Assembly: GCA_023818655.1 (NCBI GenBank)
Contig: JAMWCI010000003.1
Coordinates: 1 to 42,620 of the forward strand
Direction of reading: 5' to 3'
Source of the DNA: Candidatus Omnitrophota bacterium
GTDB lineage: Bacteria > Omnitrophota > Gorgyraeia > Gygaellales > Profunditerraquicolaceae
DNA length: 42,620 bases
This document shows positions 18,638 through 24,483 of this stretch, in pieces; within the stretch, counting starts at the first letter, position 1; the number at the start of each line of letters is the position of its first letter. Both the position numbers and the translations under genes were made by a program. A model generated the notes under the pieces. The model did no database searches, was not told the DNA's origin, and worked only from the letters and a program-made list of their open reading frames with translations.

Positions 18638-18640
18638 ATT

Positions 18641-18669
18641 ATTATAATTCTTACTCCAATGTTAATCAA
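18641..18669 (-). promoter_or_regulatory. sigma70-like promoter of the R-M operon
   Basis: Minus strand reads TTGATT (18669-18664), a 17-nt spacer, then TATAAT (18646-18641). Confidence 0.45.
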
Positions 18670-18684
18670 GTTAATAGTATAAAT

Positions 18685-18733
18685 AAAAAACCTTCGCGCG
18701 CTACGGTGAGCATGGACTCAAAGCACGTGAAGG
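18685..18733 (-). terminator. intrinsic-terminator-like hairpin, potentially bidirectional
   Basis: An 11-position stem ccttcgcgcgc/gcacgtgaagg (one mismatch, one G-U) is flanked by an A6 run on one side and TTTTACTTTTTTT on the other. Confidence 0.4.
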
Positions 18734-18795
18734 TTTTACTTTTTTTAACGTCCGGGTTCCCCCTTCGAAACGCGGGACGAACAACTCTATTTATA
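18685..18795 (-). ncRNA. candidate ~110-nt small RNA or attenuated leader upstream of the R-M operon
   Basis: It is bounded by the predicted promoter at 18802-18830 and the terminator-like hairpin at 18691-18733. It has a GC-rich internal segment (GTCCCGCGTTTCGAAGGGGGAACCCGGAC). I recognised no family. Confidence 0.25.
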
Positions 18796-18801
18796 ATTGT
18801 A

Positions 18802-18830
18802 TTTATACCATAGAGATTTCTACTTGTCAA
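18802..18830 (-). promoter_or_regulatory. sigma70-like promoter for the candidate small RNA
   Basis: Minus strand reads TTGACA (18830-18825), a 17-nt spacer, then TATAAA (18807-18802). Confidence 0.4.
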
Positions 18831-18839
18831 CACATATTC

Positions 18840-19003
18840 CTCTAAGGCAAGCAGGCACACAAAGGGCGCTGCGAAAGCCCGAAGGGCTGAAGCCGCCCGA
18901 CTGTGACTGCTATGTAATCATCCCACCGCTTCCGCGAGAGATTCGGCTTCCCCGCCCGCAACTCCTGATTAAGTTGCGGGCGGGGGCGGACTCTGCCGAG
19001 CAA
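18840..19003. other. GC-rich hairpin-dense non-coding segment
   Basis: Much higher GC than the surroundings by eye. Nested stems include GAAGCCG...CGGCTTC and a perfect 13-bp stem CCCCGCCCGCAAC/GTTGCGGGCGGGG at 18950-18985. Confidence 0.6.
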
Positions 19004-19092
19004 AAATCAAACACCTTTTAAAAAATTTTTGGCCGCCAACGCAATAAAAGAAGACTTTTTATTTAGGATTTTTGCGAGGAAGAGGACGCAAA

Positions 19093-19134
19093 GTGTTTGG
19101 CGAATTTTACCCCCACCCAAAATTCGCCAAACAC
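19093..19134. other. perfect 16-bp stem-loop inside the IR-R-specific insertion
   Basis: GTGTTTGGCGAATTTT-acccccaccc-AAAATTCGCCAAACAC. Confidence 0.8.
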
Positions 19135-19324
19135 GAAAAGCCGAATCGGACACGCTCACGCATTAGCTCGAAGCCCCGCCCCAGCGGGGCGCCAAGTGAG
19201 GCCTGCGCCCACGCAGGCCGAACGGTAGCATGCGAGATACGGGAGCGCCGGCCAAGGCGCGGTGCCTAAAGTTCATTGAATCTTAAAGAACAAAAACAAG
19301 GCATTGTAAAGCCGAAGCATAAGG

Positions 19325-19390
19325 CCAGCCGAAAGTCCTGAGATAGACTTTTGGGCCAGAATTCTTGTAAGTTTTTGTTTTGTCTGACAT
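19325..19390 (-). pseudogene. methylthiotransferase 5' relic embedded in IR-R
   Basis: Minus strand reads ATGTCAGAC...AAAGTCTATCTCAGGACTTTCGGCTGG, giving MSDKTKTYKNSGPKVYLRTFGW. It is collinear with the IR-L relic. Confidence 0.5.
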
Positions 19391-19540
19391 TGCAGTTTTT
19401 GTTTTTCCTCTAAATACAAAAAATTAAAAGGGGCAAAGAATTCAAAAGAAAAAACTTTTTTAAAAAACAGAGACGTTCCCAAAAGGGACACCATCTCAGA
19501 TCTTAATTTTTTCAAGATCATTTCTAAAATACCATCAATA

Positions 19541-20626
19541 TTACCAACATGAAAGGTTGCCAAAACGTCCTTTAATAGCATGGTATAAAAACATGAGCCG
19601 CTCCTTTAAGTTGTCTCTCATCCCTAAATATACCCAACCCTCTCCGGTAAACACTGATTTTGCCCGTAAAACCGTAGAGAGGAATCTCTTTTCAAAAATA
19701 CTGATTTTTCTTGGTGTTAAATTCTGCAAGAGCCCCTCAGGCAGCGGGGTATCTAAAATTTGGGAAGACAGGAATAATGCGTAATACAGCTGCTTATACA
19801 ATCCGGTTTTCTCCGCCTCTTTCATTAGATTATCCCACGCAAAACCTCCGGACATATATCGCAGCAATAATTCATTAATATCGCAAAGAAGTATCAAAGG
19901 ATAAAAACAGTGATTTACGGCGTGCATAGCAAGGTATATAAGCAGATGTTCTTGGGAGAAGGTATACAGAGAAATTCCTCTTAAATCTATAGGTTGAGCC
20001 TTCTGCCATATATCTTCCATATCCAAGGTATGCGGAAGGTGCCGATTATTGCTCAGGTGCACATGGATATCAACAGGGATTTTGTTTTTATCCTGATTAA
20101 AATAAAGAAAAGAATCACAGTAATAACTAAAGCATAATTCTTTAAAATACCCATCGCTGTATGTAGATGTATACCCAAGCTGCCTTAAGACCTTATTTAC
20201 CTTAAGCAGATCATCTTTTCTTACTAAGAGATCTATATCTGCGCAACCCCTTAGACCGATATCTCCGTAAATTAATTCTGCAAGCATAATCCCTTTAAAG
20301 ATAATCGTCGGGATATTCTCCGCTTCAAAATTAGATATTATATTTTTTAATTGGGCTGTACAGAAAATATTCCTGCTGTAAGTAGAATAATAACTGCTCT
20401 TTAGGGATTCCTGTATCTGGAATGGTATAAGTCCATTTAATTCGGAAAACTTTAAGAGGGATTTATAAACTATCGGTAAAAGCAGGTTAATTCTGGCCTT
20501 CTCCAAAAAATAAGCCCAGTTTAAATCAGGGCTTAAGATTTCTTTTATTTTCTCTCCTGCGTCGTCAAGCCTTCTTTTGGCGCAATAACGCAAAAAAATA
20601 TCTTCTTGTTTTATTTTCACTTGCAC
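19541..20626 (-). CDS. nucleotidyltransferase-family protein (uncharacterised NTase type seen in RiPP loci)
   Basis: 361 aa. GLRGCADIDLLVRKDDLLKVNKVLRQLGY fits the G-x-x-D-x-D polymerase-beta-like NTase motif. The GTG start has no SD and overlaps the stop of the 48-codon ORF (TAGTG). Confidence 0.65.
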   Translation of the reverse strand: MQVKIKQEDIFLRYCAKRRLDDAGEKIKEILSPDLNWAYFLEKARINLLLPIVYKSLLKFSELNGLIPFQIQESLKSSYYSTYSRNIFCTAQLKNIISNFEAENIPTIIFKGIMLAELIYGDIGLRGCADIDLLVRKDDLLKVNKVLRQLGYTSTYSDGYFKELCFSYYCDSFLYFNQDKNKIPVDIHVHLSNNRHLPHTLDMEDIWQKAQPIDLRGISLYTFSQEHLLIYLAMHAVNHCFYPLILLCDINELLLRYMSGGFAWDNLMKEAEKTGLYKQLYYALFLSSQILDTPLPEGLLQNLTPRKISIFEKRFLSTVLRAKSVFTGEGWVYLGMRDNLKERLMFLYHAIKGRFGNLSCW

Positions 20627-20772
20627 TATGAAGAAAGTCTAGTGCAACTTGGCATTGACTTTCTGCAATTTAAAAATCCTCCACGGCTAGAATCGCAAAC
20701 TGCAGCCAGCACCTCTATTTTTTTTTCATAAATGACTGCTGGTTTCTGATAATTCCTCTTTTTCCTCTCCAT
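20626..20772 (-). CDS. candidate RiPP precursor peptide (48 aa), not in ORF track
   Basis: My translation is MERKKRNYQKPAVIYEKKIEVLAAVCDSSRGGFLNCRKSMPSCTRLSS. The ATG at 20772 is preceded by AAGGAG with an 8-nt spacer. It overlaps the last 47 nt of the rSAM gene in another frame, and its stop overlaps the NTase GTG. Confidence 0.5.
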   Translation of the reverse strand: MERKKRNYQKPAVIYEKKIEVLAAVCDSSRGGFLNCRKSMPSCTRLSS

Positions 20773-21802
20773 ATTTACTTCTCCTTTTCTCGTAGACATT
20801 TTTAAACACCAGCGCTAAACGGCAATCCAAAGAAGAAGCGCCTAAAAGATTACCGTGTTCAAGAAGGGATAATCCCATGCAATGATTGCAATACCCTACC
20901 AATCCGCATTGCCTGCAGTTATAAAAATCCTGAGCGTCTATTGCCCTAAAGTTATTAAAATTACTGGAATTCCAGATTTCCTGAAACCTCTCCCTAAGTA
21001 AACTACCCATATTCTTTTTGAGGAAAATGCAAGGATAGAGATTGCCTGAGCTAGAGATAAAAAAACTGTTTATGCCGGCAGCACAGAGGAGCGCATCTAA
21101 AGAGGCATCCTGACGCCGAGATACAAGGATATTATTTTCCGAGAAAACGTCCTCTATCTGGCTCTTCTCTAACCCTAATCTGGATACATCTATCGAACCA
21201 TCATCTGCGGGAGTCATGGTAAAATCAAATTGAAATTCAACTCCGTTGTCTTGGCAAAAATACTTAATAGGATTAAACTCTGCGAGATTTTCTTTCATAA
21301 ACAGAGTTTTTACGACTACCTTTATCTCCCTCTTTCTCAACAGCTTTATCGCCCTAATCACTAATTCCTGCGAACCAATCATTCCGGTTATCCTGTCATG
21401 AATGACAGGATTGAGCGCATACAAACTCACATCCACGCTCAGGGGATTTAAGGCATTTATTTTATCGGCGGCATCCTCATCGATAAGCGTAGCATTAGTT
21501 AAAAGTCTGATAGCAAAATTTTTCTTCCTGCTATATCCTGCGATTTCAAAAAAATCCTTGCGCAGCAGAATCTCTCCTCCGGTAAAAGAAAGATAAAGAG
21601 TGCCCAAATCAGCCAACTCATCAAGGATAGATTTTATTTTAACTAAAGGTAGGCCATAGCACTGCCTCTGTCTTCCCAGATAACAATGATAACAGTTTAA
21701 GTTACAGTTTGTATTCAACTCCCATTGTCCGACAAAAGGAATATTTTTTTTCATAGTCTTCTGATACAGTTCGCTATAATAATCCCTTGCGTCCTCTGGC
21801 AT
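20726..21802 (-). CDS. radical SAM/SPASM-domain peptide maturase
   Basis: CNLNCYHCY (CxxxCxxC) cluster motif, plus a C-terminal Cys-rich SPASM-like region (CAAGINSFFISSSGNLYPC...CRQCGLVGYCNHC). Confidence 0.88.
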   Translation of the reverse strand: MPEDARDYYSELYQKTMKKNIPFVGQWELNTNCNLNCYHCYLGRQRQCYGLPLVKIKSILDELADLGTLYLSFTGGEILLRKDFFEIAGYSRKKNFAIRLLTNATLIDEDAADKINALNPLSVDVSLYALNPVIHDRITGMIGSQELVIRAIKLLRKREIKVVVKTLFMKENLAEFNPIKYFCQDNGVEFQFDFTMTPADDGSIDVSRLGLEKSQIEDVFSENNILVSRRQDASLDALLCAAGINSFFISSSGNLYPCIFLKKNMGSLLRERFQEIWNSSNFNNFRAIDAQDFYNCRQCGLVGYCNHCMGLSLLEHGNLLGASSLDCRLALVFKNVYEKRRSKYGEEKEELSETSSHL

Positions 21803-21806
21803 TGTT

Positions 21807-22091
21807 CTAGTCTTTATCCTTTAAAAAAATTATTCCTTTGGCAGCTATTTCTTCAAGAAAGGCGGCGCTTTCTTCAGTGGCCCGCAATGCGGAAACCTCA
21901 AACTCTTCGGTAACCGCAGTGACAATCTCCTGAAAACTTCTTCTACCATCAATAAGCTCCCAGATGTAGGTCCCAACCTCATTTAAGACTATAACACGAC
22001 TTTCTTTAGTAAGCACAATTATCGACTCTCCATCCACTGTGCGCCACGCAACTTCGGGGGATTTAAAAGGAATTTTACCTTTCCACAGCAT
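21807..22091 (-). CDS. PqqD-family peptide chaperone (RiPP recognition element)
   Basis: 94 aa. AWRTVDGESIIVLTKESRVIVLNEVGTYIWELIDGRRSFQEIV is a typical PqqD pattern. Confidence 0.8.
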   Translation of the reverse strand: MLWKGKIPFKSPEVAWRTVDGESIIVLTKESRVIVLNEVGTYIWELIDGRRSFQEIVTAVTEEFEVSALRATEESAAFLEEIAAKGIIFLKDKD

Positions 22092-22875
22092 CTATGCACC
22101 TCCAGAAACTATCATCTTTGGTAAAATGCAATTCGTAAAACGGAATCTTCTCCAATAAATCGTGGTAATTATCCATAATCCGCTCAAATGGCAAAAATTC
22201 TGCGGGAATGTGAGGAATAGTAAATAACTCCGTTATTGCACTTGCCTTATTTATTTTTTTCAAATAAGCCTCTTTGTCCTGGACTAACTTGAAGATGGCG
22301 CCAATATTATAGGCGGTATTTTTCTTCTCGCCAAAGCTATAATCCTGCCAACAAGGAGTGGCATAGGTAAAAAAATTGTCGTCGGTTTTCTTAACCACAG
22401 CGTGGTCATCGCTTAACACAATGCAGTTCTTGGATAGTCTGGAGATAGTAGTCTTTCCGCTTCCAGAGCGTCCGTTAAAGATATACACCTTGTTTCCCTT
22501 TAGAACTGCGCTGGCATGGAATACAAACGCATCGTCTTCAATTATTAATAACAGTGTAAAAACATTTCTTATAAAAGCGCTCAATGCCCAAGGCAACCCC
22601 TGTAAGTTGATTTTTGCCCCACCTTTTTTTGTTCTAAAATCAAAAAAACCATCAAGATATTCTTCTCTGATCCTACATAAATCATCTTCAAAAGTAAGGC
22701 ATGCTTCTAATGGCTGCACATAATGGATTTCATCGGTAGTCTCTAATTCTAAGTGTATACGAGGGAATTTTTCTGAAAAGAAAGGATAGTAATCTCTATT
22801 TAAAATCTCAAGAAAACATTCTTGGTTAAAGGTTAAAGCCGCAACTATCTCTGCAATTTCAATTTTAATCTGCAT
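22075..22875 (-). CDS. HPr kinase-related (HprK-like) P-loop protein
   Basis: 266 aa. FHASAVLKGNKVYIFNGRSGSGKTTISRLSKNCIVLSDDHAVV resembles the HprK/P catalytic core (G.SG.GKS/T ... DD). Confidence 0.65.
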   Translation of the reverse strand: MQIKIEIAEIVAALTFNQECFLEILNRDYYPFFSEKFPRIHLELETTDEIHYVQPLEACLTFEDDLCRIREEYLDGFFDFRTKKGGAKINLQGLPWALSAFIRNVFTLLLIIEDDAFVFHASAVLKGNKVYIFNGRSGSGKTTISRLSKNCIVLSDDHAVVKKTDDNFFTYATPCWQDYSFGEKKNTAYNIGAIFKLVQDKEAYLKKINKASAITELFTIPHIPAEFLPFERIMDNYHDLLEKIPFYELHFTKDDSFWRCIDAVER

Positions 22876-22912
22876 ATGGAATAAATAGGCTTCTATTTAT
22901 TTTCTCATCTTT

Positions 22913-22940
22913 ATTATATTGCCCATATATCTGGTGTCAA
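22913..22940 (-). promoter_or_regulatory. sigma70-like promoter of the RiPP-type operon
   Basis: Minus strand reads TTGACA (22940-22935), a 16-nt spacer, then TATAAT (22918-22913), about 40 nt upstream of the kinase-like ATG. Confidence 0.5.
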
Positions 22941-23206
22941 TATGTTTATGTTGAGATTCGGAATGATAAATAGATATCGTGCCGCAGATTTACGTAAGAC
23001 TAAAATAATTTGTTTTAAGATTTTTGTATTGCAAGGGGGATTTTTGAATATTTTATACGCCAGTGAGTAAAAACCTAACAAGATTCAAAGTTTTTAGGTC
23101 GTGAAGGTACAGCCAATAATATCAAACAGGAGATAATAATCCAATAAAAAACTTGCCTCTTTGGTTTTACGGGGAATATAACATCTCTTCCGCGTTATAC
23201 TTTTCT

Positions 23207-23575
23207 TTAAACATCCCCCTTATCTACGTTTTCTTTTAAAACTACCAAGATTGCCGAATGAGGCACAACCACATATTTTTTCCCCGCGAATTCTATTTCA
23301 ATACCCGCGCTGCGCAGAAAGATGCAGTAATCGCCCTCCTGTGCCTGAAGAGGAAAATACCTCTTTTCAATCTGCGGGGCCTGCCACGGTTCAACTTCTA
23401 AAGCCTGCGGGTCAGGGATAGGGTAGCCTGGTCCGGTCTTAACTATCCTGCCGCTTTGCACCTTCTCTTTTTCTTTTATCCCCTGAGGAAGATACAAACC
23501 GGTCTCTGTGCGGTCCTGCCCTTCGTCCGGCTCAATTAAAACCCGGTCACCTATTACCACCAACTCTTTTTTCAT
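23207..23575 (-). CDS. GroES/Cpn10-family protein with an internal insertion
   Basis: From the ATG at 23575 it reads MKKELVVIGDRVLIEPDEGQDRTETGLYLP...SGRIVKTGPG...GDYCIFLRSAGIEIEFAGKKYVVVPHSAILVVL. The longer track ORF would overlap the nitroreductase gene. Confidence 0.6.
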   Translation of the reverse strand: MKKELVVIGDRVLIEPDEGQDRTETGLYLPQGIKEKEKVQSGRIVKTGPGYPIPDPQALEVEPWQAPQIEKRYFPLQAQEGDYCIFLRSAGIEIEFAGKKYVVVPHSAILVVLKENVDKGDV

Positions 23576-23576
23576 T

Positions 23577-24077
23577 CTAAAATTTCTCCCAATGCAGGAT
23601 TTCACGACAACTGCGTTTCTGGGCGGTTTTAAAGGCATGCGGAGAAACTGGATAGCCCAGCGCAATCAGGCTGACCAAATTAAACTCCGCAGGGACTCCT
23701 AACAATGCGCTTACCGCGTTGCAATACTGTTTCTTGTCTCCGGCTACCCAGCAAGAAGCTATGCCCATCTCTGTAGCGGCAAGTAAAATATTCTCTGTAG
23801 CTGCGCAGCCATCTTCCAGATAATATTTGGTCTGACGGCAATAGACGGCAATGCACAATGCGGCATCTGCGATAAACCGGCCGTTCTCCACTAACTCTGC
23901 TATTTTCTTTAAGGTATCTTTCCTGGTCACCGCGATAAATTCCCACGGTTGGAGATTACGCGCAGTGGCGGCAAACCTAGCGGCATCAACTAAACGTTCT
24001 ATAGTCTCTTTTGGTATGGGCTCGGGCCGAAATTCACGCACGCTTCTGCGCTTTTTGATTGTCTCTAGCGTCTCCAT
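23577..24077 (-). CDS. nitroreductase-family protein
   Basis: 166 aa with RRSVREF...ETIERLVDAARFAATARNLQPWEF, the nitroreductase signature. Confidence 0.85.
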   Translation of the reverse strand: METLETIKKRRSVREFRPEPIPKETIERLVDAARFAATARNLQPWEFIAVTRKDTLKKIAELVENGRFIADAALCIAVYCRQTKYYLEDGCAATENILLAATEMGIASCWVAGDKKQYCNAVSALLGVPAEFNLVSLIALGYPVSPHAFKTAQKRSCREILHWEKF

Positions 24078-24090
24078 AGCTATCTCCTTA

Positions 24091-24468
24091 TCAAGATATT
24101 GCCTTGCGGATATCTTCAGGAATTATTCTGGGTTTAAGATCATGCCCCACGCAAACCAACATTGTTTTTGCTTTAGTAGTAAGCTTGCCGTCTTGATTTT
24201 TTATTTCGTGTTCAAAGCTAAGACATGCTGAAGAGATATCGGCCAAGCGCGTGGTTATCTCTAAGATATCTCCGTAATAGACAGGGTACTTGTAATCTAT
24301 CTCCTGGCGCGCTACTACAAATAGAATACCTGTCTTGGCAAGCTCCTGGATAGATATGCCGCGACTGGCAAAAAATTCAGTGCGCGCTTCTTCTATATAC
24401 TTAAGATAATTCGCATAGTAAACTATGCCGCCAGCATCAGTATCATAGTAATATATCTTTTTTTTCAT
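24091..24468 (-). CDS. acyl-CoA thioesterase, YbgC/4HBT family
   Basis: YYDTDAGGIVYYANYLKYIEEARTEFF is a hotdog-fold YbgC motif. I prefer the ATG at 24468 (GAGG upstream) over the TTG at 24483. Confidence 0.85.
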   Translation of the reverse strand: MKKKIYYYDTDAGGIVYYANYLKYIEEARTEFFASRGISIQELAKTGILFVVARQEIDYKYPVYYGDILEITTRLADISSACLSFEHEIKNQDGKLTTKAKTMLVCVGHDLKPRIIPEDIRKAIS

Positions 24469-24483
24469 AGCCAGACCTCGCAA

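Larger units (their letters stand above)
19004..19461. repeat. long imperfect inverted repeat, right copy (IR-R), with ~105-nt insertion
   Basis: Aligns with the reverse complement of 15408-15763. The extra segment at about 19089-19193 carries a perfect 16-bp hairpin and GCCCCGC-ccca-GCGGGGC. Confidence 0.85.

Noticed and set aside
18745-18780. A TTCGAA-containing GC-rich segment that looked tRNA T-arm-like.
   Set aside because: No complementary 5-bp stem flanks the TTCGAA loop. I could not draw an acceptor or anticodon arm. No tRNA was found anywhere in the window.
18666-19269. Three short track ORFs (18666-18860 minus, 18797-19021 plus, 19072-19269 plus) in the GC-rich block.
   Set aside because: Their translations are Arg/Pro/Gly-rich products of hairpin DNA. 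They overlap one another and the predicted promoter and terminator. None has an SD.
19325-19345. GCCGAAAGTCC resembles the RNase P RNA P4 motif GAGGAAAGUCCGGGC.
   Set aside because: The other universally conserved RNase P blocks (such as AGGGUGAAA..GGUGCGGUAAGAGCGCACC and ACAGAACCCGGCUUA) are absent. The segment is present twice in inverted copies. It is better explained as the reverse complement of the TFG codons of a methylthiotransferase relic.
19488-19497. The 10-nt match gacaccatct is shared between the breakpoint of the 15143-15184 relic (15138-15147) and a site 27 nt outside IR-R.
   Set aside because: The match is too short and there is no flanking similarity. It may be microhomology at an old junction but cannot be distinguished from chance.
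19273-19581. 102-aa minus-strand ORF overlapping IR-R and the 3' end of the nucleotidyltransferase gene.
   Set aside because: It is composed of the repeat sequence, including the decayed methylthiotransferase relic read in another frame. The frame is not preserved in IR-L and there is no RBS.
20639-20712. Shorter reading frames in the rSAM-NTase gap. One is a 28-codon GTG-initiated version of the peptide ORF. The other is a 9-codon TTG ORF (MQKVNAKLH) downstream of GGAGGA.
   Set aside because: The GTG has no RBS and is simply internal to the 48-codon ORF, which has a strong AAGGAG-8-ATG. The 9-aa ORF is too short for an RRE-dependent precursor. Its GGAGGA is the Gly-Gly codon pair of the longer ORF.
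23094-23144. 16-codon TTG ORF (MDYYLLFDIIGCTFTT) upstream of the RiPP-type operon.
   Set aside because: It lies upstream of the predicted operon promoter and has poor SD spacing (11 nt). The 48-codon ORF is a much better precursor candidate.
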